From Squalus acanthias (lineage: Eukaryota), in assembly GCA_030390025.1 (NCBI GenBank), contig JASTWF010000033.1:1924001-1988000 (forward strand): DNA of 64,000 nt. The letters run 5' to 3'. The notes beneath the pieces are model-generated. The model was not told the DNA's origin. It searched no databases and worked only from the letters and a program-made list of their open reading frames with translations. The position numbers and the translations under genes were made by a program. Below are positions 53,834 to 64,000 of the stretch, piece after piece. Every line of letters starts with the position of its first letter. The first letter of the stretch is position 1.

Positions 53834-55275
53834 CGTGACAGAGCAAAAGCTGGTGTGTATGCAGGGCTTGTCTGTGTTCAAGTTCTCTGCCGTGTACATT
53901 GGTACTGCAGCTCATGACTGGAAAAAAGCAGAAAGTATACACCATTAGATCATACTGATTTCATTCCAGACTGCACTGCTGTGGGATCTTACTTTGCCTT
54001 TCAAGAATTTTGTAAAAAGCAAATCTGCACATATACATCAATCCATTTGATATTTTACTGGACTGTACTTTACAGGGAATGTTTGTGAATTGTTTCATGG
54101 CATTTCCTGTAGTGGGATCTAACTCTCCCTTTCAGCCCAACCCAAACAAGATATTTGTAAAAAAAAGTATTAATTACATTTTTAAAATTATTTTCAGAAT
54201 AATCCTTTTGATTTTTTTCTGAACTGGGCTTTATTGGGGAATGTGCTTGTGATGTTTTCAGAGCAAAAGCTACTGTGCGATCTTTCCATTCATTTTATTA
54301 CACTCCAGGCAAACCACAGACAGGCAGAAATTTAGTTAACAGAAGTATTATTGAGTCTGTCTGAATGTGTGTGTGTCATGTTACTGTAAATTTTAGTTCA
54401 ATGAGGGTGGGTGGGAGACTGTTTGATTGGCAGACAGACAAGGCTGGCAGGCAGCGAGAGAGACACATGAAATCAAGACAACATGCAGAATGGAAATAAA
54501 AACAGAAAATGCTGGAAATACTCAGTATGTTAGGCAGCATCAGTGAAGATACAGAGAAACAGAGTAAATATTTCAGCTCGATGACCTTTCGTCAGAACCT
54601 TGCCAGAATCTGACAGAAAGGTAATCGAGCTGAAACATTAACTCTGTTTCCCTCTCTCTCCACAGATGCTGCCTTACCTGCTGAGTATTTCCAAAACTTT
54701 CTGATTTTATTTCAGATTTCCCACATCCACAGCATTTGGTTTTGGTGCCTGTTTCTGTAGGCCGCAAACTGAAAAGATAAAATACTGAAAACTGTCTGTT
54801 TGCTTTTAAACTTCTAAACCCAGCAGAACAATGATAGAAATCAACTTTCTTTTGTTGCTGACTGATTTGTGACAATTTTAAAGCTGGCCTGTGTGTGTGT
54901 GTGTGTGTGTGTGAGTGAGAGAGAGACAGAGAGCAAAAGCTGGTGTGTATGCAGTGCTTGTCTGTGTTAAGTTATCTGCCGTGTGCATTGCTATTGCATC
55001 TCATGTCTGAAAACAACAGAAAGTATATACCATTAGATCATATTAATTTAACGCCAGACTGCGCTGCTGTGGGATCTTACTTTGCTTTTCTTTAAAAATA
55101 AATTGTGAAAAGCAAATCTACATATATACATCAAGCCATTTGATATTTTTCTGGACTGGACTTTATTGGGGAATGTTTGTGGAGTGTTTCATGGCACATC
55201 CTGCTGTGGGATCTTACTCTCCCCTTCAGCCCAACTCAAACAAGACAAGAAATTTGATGAAGAAAAAGTATATAT

Positions 55276-55516
55276 TGTGGCAGATCGCCACCTAAACGGG
55301 CATAACCCACTTTTCTGTCTGTGGACAATATATCGGTGAACCTTCCCTTTAAGGCACCTTACCTTTAAGACAGGAGTGGGCGGGGCTTCAGGGCTTTTCC
55401 AGAGAATTCTGGGAGCAGCTTTCTCAGACATTTTGTTGTGCCATGCAGTGAATTAAAGTTTCTTGTGTTCCACATATGGATTCAGCCTCCATTCGTGTTT
55501 CGCGGCAGCCTCAACA
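55276..55516 (+). repeat. 5' LTR (241 bp)
   Basis: TGTGGC...CTCAACA, a direct repeat of 59310-59549. Confidence 0.95.
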
Positions 55517-55517
55517 T

Positions 55518-55529
55518 TGGTGACCCCGA
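55518..55529 (+). promoter_or_regulatory. Primer-binding site complementary to tRNA-Trp 3' end
   Basis: TGGTGACCCCGA lies 1 nt after the 5' LTR and matches the tRNA-Trp PBS TGGTGACCCCGACGTG. Confidence 0.85.
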
Positions 55530-55556
55530 TGCTCAGAACGTATTCCGAGCACTGCA

Positions 55557-56640
55557 ATGGCGGACACGAACGCAGTTTCAGTGAAACTGCCGGAGTTTTG
55601 GGAAAACCAGCCCGAAACCTGGCTTCTCCAAGCTGAATCCCGCTTCCGGCTGCGAAATATCACTACAGATGGGACGATGTACGACTATCTCGTCACATCA
55701 CTCAGTAGCGTCACAGTTTCCAAGGTTTGGACAATGCTGCAGAACCCACCAGAGGAAGGCAAGTACGCACATCTCAGGAAAGCCATCCTTAAAAAATTTA
55801 CGGCCTCGGCATATCAGCAAAACTGCCACCTCCTCGACCTTCCAGGCCTCAGTGATGCCTCACCGTCAGACCTTCTCTCCCACATGCTCTCCCTCACCGA
55901 TGAGAGCCCACCCGGATCCCTCTTCCGCACGCTGTTCATCCGCCAGCTCCCTCTCAGCATCCGCCCAGCGATCGTGGCGTCCGGCCTCACGAACCTGGAA
56001 GCCCTGGCTGATGAGGCCGACAAGCTGCTGTCCGCTCACTCCAGCTGCGACACAACTCCGGACCTGGCAGCCAATGCCTGGGCGCGCCCCTCACCATCCA
56101 GCACGCGGCCACAAGGGCCTGTCACTAGGCCCACGGGGCCTTCACGCCCCACTAACCCGGGCCACTGTTACTACCATGCACGGTTTGGCACCAGGGTACA
56201 ATGGTGCACACCTCCCTGCTCTTTCAAGTCCGCCCCCGTACCAGCCCCCGCGATGGCCGTGGGCCACGCGGGCTCCCTGCTGTTTGTTACGGATGACAAA
56301 ACCAGCCGCCGGTTCCTGTGCGACACTGGGGCTCAGCACAGCATCATCCCGGCCTCCTCCCTCGACATCCAAAAGGGCGAATGAGGACCAGCGCTGGCTG
56401 CTGCTAACGGCTCAGAAATCCGGAAGTACGGCACCCGGACAGTCACCCTCGACCTCGCTGGTCGCCGCTACCGATGGGAGTTCATCACTGCCAAGGTGCT
56501 TTCCCCTCTCATCAGCGCAGATTTCCTGTGCGCTCACGGCCTACTGGTAGACATCCCTCGTCACCGCCTCGTGGACATGAACAACATGACCCCCATCCTG
56601 GGCGCCATTCCCGGCCCTTACCCATCTGACCTTCTCCGCA
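55557..56640 (+). pseudogene. gag: Retrotransposon gag plus aspartic protease, with in-frame TGA at 56382-84 and a downstream frame break
   Basis: VKLPEFW...WLLQAE. CHCC box CYYHARFGTRVQWCTPPC and protease FLCDTGAQHSII. Continues in frame after the stop as AANGSEI...LISADFL. Confidence 0.88.
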
Positions 56641-56658
56641 GAGGCCGCCAAACACGGG

Positions 56659-59289
56659 GTGGAACACTTCATCCCCACCACAGGCCGCCCAGTGTACGCC
56701 CACGCCCGCAGGCTGGACCCGGCCAAACTGGAGATCGCGCGCACCGAGTTTGCCACCATGGAACAGCTCGGCATCATCCGCCGCTCCAACAGTCCCTGGG
56801 CCTCCCCACTCCACATCGCCCCCAAACCAGGCGGAGGTTGGCGCCCCTGCGGGGATTACCGCCGCCTCAATGACGCCACCACCCCTGATCGGTACCCCGT
56901 GCCGCAAATTCAGGACTTCTCGGCTAGACTGGCCGGGCGCTCAGTCTTTTCCAAGGTCGACCTGGTGCGCGGCTACCACCAAATCCCCGTCCACCTCGCG
57001 GACGTCCCCAAGATGGCAGTAATCACCCCCTTCGGCCTGTTCGAGTTCCTGCGGATGCCCTTCGGCCTCAAAAACGCGGCCCAGGCATTCCAATGGCTCA
57101 TGGACTCGATCCTTCGGGACCTGAAGTTCCTGTTCGTCTACCTGGACGATATCCTGGTAGCCAGTTCCTCCAAGAAGGAACACCTCGAACACCTCCACAT
57201 CCTGTTCGGGTGCCTCAGCGACCACGGGCTCATCCTCAGCCCAGCCAAATGCCAGTTCGGCCTGGACAAGATCGGCTTCCTCGGCCACCACATAACCCAT
57301 GCTGGGGCCATTCCCCTGCCCACCAAGGTGCAGGCCGTCCAACAATTTCCCCACCCCACCACCATCAAAGGCCTCCAGGAGTTCCTCGGGATGGTGAATT
57401 TCTATAATCACTTCATCCCCAAAGCGGCGTCTCTCATGAGGCCCCTGTATGAAACCCTCCGGGGCAGGAGCGGCAAGATGGCCGTTGAATGGACGGCAGA
57501 CGCGTCTGCCGCCTTCGACTCCACCAAGACCACGCTCGCCAACGCCACCCTGCTCGCGCACCCACGGCCCAATGCCAGGTTAGCGTTCACCACGGACGCC
57601 TTCGACCATGCAGTCGGCGCCATGTATGAGCAGTGGGTCGACGGCGCCTGGCAACCACTTGCCTTCTTCAGCCGCCAACTACGCCCCCCAGAGGTTAATT
57701 ACAGCACCTTCGACCGCGAGCACCTCGCGCTGTTCCTGGCGGTCTGCCATTTCCGGTTTTTGCTTGAGGGCCACCCCTTCACAGCGTTTGTTGACCACAA
57801 GCCCCTGACATTCGCAATGGCAAAGACAACCGACCCCTGGTCCGCCAGGCAGCAGCGCCAGCTCGCGGCAGTGTCCGAGTTCACCACGGACATCCAACAC
57901 GTCTCCGGCCGAGACAATGTGGTAGCCGACTGCCTCTCCCGCCCCGCCATCCACGCCGCACACCGAGCAGTCAACTACGCTCAACTCGCAGCAGACCAGA
58001 GCACCGACCCTGATCTGCTCTCCGCACCCACCAACCTACCAGGTCTACGCCTGGCAGACGTCGCCTGTGGCCCGACCGCAGTCACGGTCAAGTGCGACAT
58101 ATCCCTATGTCAACCTCGGCCCGTCGTCCCAGCGTCTTGGCACCGCCGGGTATTCGACATTCTCCACAACCTCTCCCACCCCGGCGCCCGCGCATCCATC
58201 AAATTGGTAGCCAACCGCTTCGTCTGGTGCGGCCTTCGCAAGGATGTGCGTACTTGGGCCAACTCCTGCCTAGCCTGCCAACGGGCCAAGGTACAGCAAC
58301 ACACCAAAGCACCCCTCGAGGAGTTTACCGTCCCCTCACGGAGATTCGACCACATCCACGTGGACATCGTCGGGCCCCTGCCGCCGTCGCAAGGCCACAC
58401 GCACTTGCTGACCATCGTTGACCGCACCACACGCTGGCCTGAGGCAATTCCACTGACCTCTACCACCACCGCCGACATCGCCAGAGCCTTCGTCAGCACC
58501 TGGGTCTCACGGTTCGGCATCCCCTCCGACATGACGTCGGACAGAGGTCCGCAATTTACCTCTGAACTCTGGACCGCTTTTGCACGCAATCTCGGGGTGA
58601 CCATTCACCGCACCACAGCGTACCACCCTCAAGCCAACGGACTGTGTGAGCGGTTCCACATATCCTTCAAGGCATCTCTTCAAGCCAGCCTCCAGGACGG
58701 CGCCTGGACCAACCGACTTCCGTGGGTCCTCCTCGGCCTGCGCACCACGGTTAAAGAAGACCTCCACGCATCGGCAGCAGAGCTCGTGTACGGTCAGCCG
58801 CTGCGCATACCCGGCGAGTTCCTGCCCACCGCCACGACACCCTGGTCAGCCGACCAGCAATGCCACGACTTCGCCTCACCGGCGTTGCAGTTCGCCCTGG
58901 TGCCCATTGCCCGACACGGCGAATCCACCTCACACAGCCCACTAAGCCTGCACCAGGCACAGTATGGTTTCTTCCGGCACGACGCCCACCGCGGACCCCT
59001 TCAACCCCCGTACGACGGGCCCTACAAGGTGCTACAGGCTGGGGACAAATTTTTCACCCTGCAAGTGGGCGACAGGACCGAAAAAGTGTCGGTTGACCGA
59101 CTCAAGCCAGCACACTCGGAGCCCGGTGAGCAGGTCCCTGTAGCTCGTCCACCTCCATGCGGCGGACCTGCCCTCAAGCCCATTCACCCGGCTGCTCCAC
59201 GCCCGGCCGTTCCACGTCCACCAGCGTCCTACAAGAGCCGCTCCGGCCGGCCCATCAGACCGCCGCACCCTCTCGTCCACACCTCCTAA
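56659..59289 (+). CDS. pol: Retrotransposon pol: RT, RNase H and integrase (876 aa open frame)
   Basis: RT shows RMPFGLKNA and YLDD. RNase H shows TTDA...ADCLSR. Integrase shows HHCC, HVDIVGP/SDRGPQF/GLCERF and GPY. Confidence 0.93.
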   Translation: MEHFIPTTGRPVYAHARRLDPAKLEIARTEFATMEQLGIIRRSNSPWASPLHIAPKPGGGWRPCGDYRRLNDATTPDRYPVPQIQDFSARLAGRSVFSKVDLVRGYHQIPVHLADVPKMAVITPFGLFEFLRMPFGLKNAAQAFQWLMDSILRDLKFLFVYLDDILVASSSKKEHLEHLHILFGCLSDHGLILSPAKCQFGLDKIGFLGHHITHAGAIPLPTKVQAVQQFPHPTTIKGLQEFLGMVNFYNHFIPKAASLMRPLYETLRGRSGKMAVEWTADASAAFDSTKTTLANATLLAHPRPNARLAFTTDAFDHAVGAMYEQWVDGAWQPLAFFSRQLRPPEVNYSTFDREHLALFLAVCHFRFLLEGHPFTAFVDHKPLTFAMAKTTDPWSARQQRQLAAVSEFTTDIQHVSGRDNVVADCLSRPAIHAAHRAVNYAQLAADQSTDPDLLSAPTNLPGLRLADVACGPTAVTVKCDISLCQPRPVVPASWHRRVFDILHNLSHPGARASIKLVANRFVWCGLRKDVRTWANSCLACQRAKVQQHTKAPLEEFTVPSRRFDHIHVDIVGPLPPSQGHTHLLTIVDRTTRWPEAIPLTSTTTADIARAFVSTWVSRFGIPSDMTSDRGPQFTSELWTAFARNLGVTIHRTTAYHPQANGLCERFHISFKASLQASLQDGAWTNRLPWVLLGLRTTVKEDLHASAAELVYGQPLRIPGEFLPTATTPWSADQQCHDFASPALQFALVPIARHGESTSHSPLSLHQAQYGFFRHDAHRGPLQPPYDGPYKVLQAGDKFFTLQVGDRTEKVSVDRLKPAHSEPGEQVPVARPPPCGGPALKPIHPAAPRPAVPRPPASYKSRSGRPIRPPHPLVHTS

Positions 59290-59309
59290 GCGGATTCTGT
59301 GGGGAGCTG

Positions 59310-59549
59310 TGTGGCGGATCGCCACCTAAACGGGCGTTACCCACTTTTCCGTCTGTGGACAATATATCGGTGAACCTTCCCTTTAAGGCACCTTACCTTT
59401 AAGACAGGAGTGGGCGGGGCTTCAGGATTTTTCCAGAGAATTCTGGGAGCAGCTTTCTCAGCCATTTTGTGTGCCATGCAGTGAATTAAAGTTTCTTGTT
59501 TTCCACACATGGATTCAGCCTCCATTCGTGTTTCGCGGCAGCCTCAACA
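59310..59549 (+). repeat. 3' LTR (240 bp), preceded by short purine tract GGGGAG
   Basis: Direct repeat of the 5' LTR. About 9 substitutions and 1 indel by eye. Confidence 0.95.
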
Positions 59550-60682
59550 GTATTATATTTTTTAAATTATTTTCAGAATAATCCATTTGATTTTTTTCTG
59601 AACTGGGCTTTATTGGGGAATGTGCTTGGGATGTTTTCTGAGCAAAACGTGCTGTGCGATCTTTCCATTCATTTTATTGCACTTCAGGCAAACCACAGAC
59701 AGGCAGACATTTAATTAACAGAAGTAAAGTATATATATTATTTATTCCTGATTGTATTTACTTCTTTTCACCCTCCGGGCTTTCATTTCCTCTCGGGGAC
59801 CCGGATTTCTGCGGCCTCGGCTTCACTTCTTCCTGTTGGATTGTCCTCATCAAACATGGCCGCACATCCAGGAAGGGACCATCATCAAAAATAGACACTC
59901 CAGGCTGCACCCCTTTTCAAATTGGATGTGTGTGTGTGAGTGTGAGTTTCTGCAAATTGCAGAGTCTGTGTGTGTGTGTTTCTGCAAATTGCAGAATCTG
60001 TGTTTCTGCAAATTTCAGAATCTGTGTGTCATGTCACTAAGTTTTATTTCACACTGGATGGGAGGGAGAGTGTGTGAGTGAGAGACAGACAGACAGATGG
60101 CCAGTGAGAGAGCGAGGCATGAAATCACAAGGCAAGGTGCAGAATAGATAGCCTGTTTCTTTAGGCCGCAAAGTGAAAAGATAAGACACAGAAAAGTGTA
60201 TTTTTGGTTTCAATTTTCCAACACGGCATTCATCCCTCTGAAGGCTGGCCAGGGTGTGTGTTTGTGTGTGTGAGTGAGAGAGAGAGAGAGAGAGAGTGGG
60301 CAAAAGCTTGTGTTTGTGTGAGATGTGGTCGGCTGTCTTATTATCTGCTGTTGTATTAAACCCTATTGATTTCATTCTTGCCTGGTTCAAATGTAATGCT
60401 GTTGTGTATCACTTCATTGCACTTTATTTCACTTCACTTTACTTCAAGACAGATAGTCAGTCAGTGAGATACTGAAAAATGTCTTTGTGGACTTTCTGAC
60501 AATAAAAGCTGCTCTGGGATCTTTGCACACTTTTTATTCCACACTACTCAAATCAAGAAAAGGCAGGCAGGCAATGAGAGAGACAGATGAAATTAAGACA
60601 ACAGGCAGACTAGAAATCAAAACAGAAAATGCTGGAAATACTCAGCAGCTCAGGCGGAGTCTGTGGTCAGAGGGAGAAAGAT

Positions 60683-60718
60683 AGTTAACGTTTCAGTTCG
60701 ATGACCTGTCGTCAGAAT
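60683..60718 (-). ncRNA. Minimal hammerhead-like motif with intact core (left arm of palindrome)
   Basis: Reverse complement ATT-CTGACGA-C-AGGTC(ATC)GAACT-GAAAC-GTT-AACT. Core is intact, helix II has one mismatch and helix I is weak. Confidence 0.5.
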
Positions 60719-61929
60719 CTGACGAAATGTCATCAAGCTGAATTAACTCTGTTTCTCTCTCTCTCCACAGATGCTGCCTGACCTGCTGAGTATTTACAGC
60801 ATTTTCTGTTTTAATTTCAGATTTCCAGCATCCGCAGAATTTTGCTTTTGATGCAGAATAGAAAGCCTTATTCTGTAGGCCGCAAAATGAAGAGATAAGA
60901 TACTGAAAAGTGTTTTTTTACTTTTAAACTGCCAAACACAGCAGAGCAATGAGAGAAATCAACTTTCTTTCATTGCTGACAGTGTTGTGTGGCAATTTTG
61001 CAGGCAGGCCTGTGTTTGTGTGTGTGTGAGAGAGAGAGACAGAGAGCCAAAGCTGGTGTGTCTGCAGGGCTTGTCTGTGTTCAAGTTATCTGCCGTGTGC
61101 ATTGGTACTGCATCTCATGTCTGAAAAAAACAGAAAGTATACTCCATTAGATCATACTGATTTCATTCCAGACCGCTCTGCTGTGGGATCTTACTTTGCC
61201 TTTCTTTCAGGACTTGTAAAAATCAAAGCTACATATATACAACAAGCCATTTGATTTTTTTCTTGACTGGACTTTATCGTGGAATGTTTGTGGGAAGTGT
61301 CAGAGCATATCCTGCTGTTGGACCTTACTCTCCCTTTAATTTCCAACCCAACTAAGACAAGACAAGACTTTTGTAAAAACAAAGTATATATATATTATAT
61401 TTATTTTATTATTATTTTCAGAATAATCCATTTGATGTTTTTCTTGACTGGGCTCCATTGGGGAATGTTTGTCGAGTGTTTTCAGAGCAAAAGCTGCTGT
61501 GAGATCTTTACATTCATTTTATTCCACTCCACTCAAATCACAGAATGCAGAGATTTAATTTACAGAAGTAAAGTAGATATGCTATTATTATTATATATTC
61601 TTGATTTTATTTGCTTCTTTTCACCCTCCCTCCGTGCCCATCTCTTGGGGCATCAATCACCCCCTACATGCATTTCACCCCCTCCAATGCCCCAGCCCCT
61701 TGTGGTCCTGAGCTCCACACTCACTCACTCACACACAGGAGCCGAGCTGGCGAGCTGCAGCCACCATCCCTTCCTTCCTTCCTCCCTGCACCATGTGCTG
61801 CCTGCCTGGGTATGTGTGAGCAGCAGCGCAGCCTGTGAGCGGCTCCAGACAATGGCACAAAGCAGCGGGGCGGGACCCCATCCTGCAACACAAGTGGCGC
61901 CCATTTAAATCACAGTCCACCGCAAAGCG

Positions 61930-62058
61930 CAATTATACTGCAAAATGCTATTCCATTGCAAAGGACTATTATATTGCAATTTGCTATTCAATTGCAAATT
62001 ACTATTATATTGAAAAGATCTATTCCATTGTAAAGTGCTATTCCATTGTAAAGGACAA
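61930..62058 (+). repeat. Degenerate 18-bp tandem repeat (CTATTCCATTGCAAAGGA-like), ~7 copies
   Basis: CTATT(CC/AT)ATTG(C/T)AAA recurs every 18 bp. Confidence 0.75.
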
Positions 62059-62082
62059 TAATAAAATTATATAAATTTACCG

Positions 62083-64000
62083 CATAGACGGAGGCCATTC
62101 GGACCGTCGGGCCCGTGCCAGCTCTCTGCAAGAGAACTTCAACTAGATCCACTCCCCTTCCCTGTCCCCGTAGCTCTGATAATTCTTACTTCACGTACTT
62201 ATCCAATTCCCTTTTGAAAGCCACGATTGAATCTGCCTCCACCACTCTTTTCAGGCAGGGCATTCCAGATCATTACCACTCGTTGCATCATTTTTGTTTC
62301 CAAATGTCGTCTTTGGTTCTTCTGCCAATCACCTTAAAGCTGTGTCCTGTGGTTCGCGACCCTTCCGCCAATGGGAACAGTTTCGCTCTCTCTACTCTGA
62401 CTCTACACCTCATGATTTTGAACACATCTATCAAATCGTCTCTCAAACTTCACTGCTTTAAGGAGAACAACCCCAGCTTCTCCAGTCTATCTATATAACT
62501 GAAGTCCCTCATACCTGGAACCATTCTTGTAAATCGTTTCAGAATCCTCACTGAGGTCTTCACATCCTTCCTAAAGTGCGGTCCCATGAATTGTACACAA
62601 TGCTGCAGTTGAGACCGAAATAGCGTTTTTTAAAAGTTCATCATAACTTCCGTGCTTTTCTACTCGATGCCTCTATTTATGAAGCCCAGGATCCTGCTTT
62701 GTCAACCTACCCTGCCACCTTCAACGATTTGTGCACATATACCCCCAGGTTGCTCTGTTCATGCAAACCCTTCAGAACTGTACCCTTTAGTTTATATTGC
62801 CTCTTTTCATTCTTCCTACCGAAATGTATCATTCGCATATTTCTACGTTAAATTTCATCTGCCAGGTGTCCACCGATTCAGTCAGCCTGTCTGTATCTTC
62901 TTGAAGTCTATCACTATCCTCCTCACTGTTCACTATACTTCTAAGTTTTGTGTTATCTGCAAATTTTGAAATTGTTCCCTGTATACTCAAGTCCAAGTCA
63001 TTAATATATGTCAAGTAAAGCAGTGATCCTGGTGCCGACCCCTGGGGAACACCACTGCATACTTTCCACCAGTCTGAAAAACAACCGCTCACCACTACTC
63101 TCTGTGTACTGTTACTTAGCCAATTTCGTACCATGCTGCCACTGTCCCTTTTATTCCATGGGCTTCAACTTTCTGGCAAACGTATTATCTGGTACTTTAT
63201 CAAACGCCTTCTGCAAGTCCATGTATCCCACATCAACCGCATTGCCCTCATCAACCCTCTCTGTTACCTCATTAAAAAACGAATCAAGTTAGTTAAACAC
63301 GATTTGCCTTTGACAAATCCGTGCAGGCTTTCCATAGTTAATCCAGAATTGTCCAAGTGACTGTTACTTATGTCCCGGATTATCGTTTCTAAAAGCTTCC
63401 CCACTATCGGGGTTAAACTGGCTGGTCTGTAGTTGCTGGGTTTATCCTTCCAGAATTTTTTGGAACAAGGGTGTAACATTTGCAATTCTCCTTTCCTCTG
63501 GCATCACCCCTGTATCTAAAGAGAATTGGAAGATTATGGCCAGTACCTCCTAAATTTCCACCATTACCTCCCTCAGTATCCTAGGATGCATGCCATCCCG
63601 TCCTGGTGACTTATCTACTTTAAGTACTACTAGCCATTCTACTACCTCCTCTTTACCTATTTTTATCCCATCCAGTATCTCATCTACCTCCTCATTCATT
63701 ATGACTTTGGCAGCATTCCTTCCTTGGTAAAGGCAGATGCAGAGTTTTAATTTTGTACCTCAGCCATGCCCTCTGCTTCCATGCATAGGTCTCCCTTTTG
63801 GTCCCTAAACGGTCCTACCCCTCCTCTTACTACCCGTTTATTATTTATATGCATATACAAGACTTTTGGATTGCATTTCATGTTAGCTGTCAGTCTATTC
63901 TCCTACTCTCTTTTCCCCTCTTATTTCCTTTTTCACTTCAACTCTGAACTTTCTATATTCAGCCTGGTTCTCACTTGTATTCCCAACCAGACATCTGTCA
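62083..64000 (-). mobile_element. Decayed CR1 LINE (ORF2 RT and 3' end), continuing beyond the window
   Basis: NYRPASLT...HGFVKGKSCLTNL and GVPQGSAPG...INDLD...KFADNTKL, with many stops and frameshifts. Confidence 0.9.

Larger units (their letters stand above)
55276..59549 (+). mobile_element. Gypsy (Ty3/Metaviridae) LTR retrotransposon, CsRn1/Kabuki-like, near full length
   Basis: TG...CA LTRs, PBS, PPT and domain order gag-PR-RT-RH-INT. Flanks ATAT/GTAT look like a 4-bp TSD with one mismatch. Confidence 0.95.
51005..61630 (+). repeat. Four diverged ~1.7-kb tandem units (51005-52764, 52765-54350, 54351-55275 plus 59550-59899, 59900-61630)
   Basis: Recurring landmarks in the same order: CCAGGCTGCACC...GTTTCTGCAAATTGCAG, central palindrome, (GT)n(GA)n microsatellite, GGGCTTTATTGGGGAATGT. 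Confidence 0.88.

Noticed and set aside
56382..56384. Programmed gag-pol stop read-through
   Set aside because: The TGA falls within the protease domain after DTG, not at the gag/pol boundary. A nonsense mutation is more likely.
56750..59402. Alternate-frame and antisense ORFs over pol
   Set aside because: Shadows of GC-rich coding sequence with no independent motifs.

Overview
This is repeat-dominated eukaryotic DNA. The NLR, CR1 and Penelope types suggest a vertebrate, probably a cartilaginous fish, but that is an inference. Positions 1-22.7 kb are a 22-bp satellite whose orientation flips across a 500-N gap. Its higher-order repeats each carry a ~94-bp Penelope-terminus fragment with a degenerate minimal hammerhead-ribozyme core. 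A near-identical ~13.5-kb tandem duplication (16797-30432 / 30431-43937) contains the 22-bp satellite, a 39-bp minisatellite, an L2 fragment, an 86-bp minisatellite interrupted by an internally inverted CR1 LINE, and the start of a NACHT exon. The second copy continues into a NACHT-LRR (NLR) pseudogene at 43552-50917, with a stop codon in Walker B and a GT>CT donor mutation. Its large intron holds an NF-kB-like motif cluster, a Penelope fragment with a nested CR1, and a 1.4-kb C-rich tract. Downstream lie four ~1.7-kb tandem units, each with a head-to-head palindrome of the Penelope/hammerhead terminus. One unit is interrupted by a 4.27-kb CsRn1-like Gypsy LTR retrotransposon with a tRNA-Trp PBS. 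A decayed CR1 runs off the window end. No intact host protein-coding gene is evident, and most listed ORFs are repeat artefacts.
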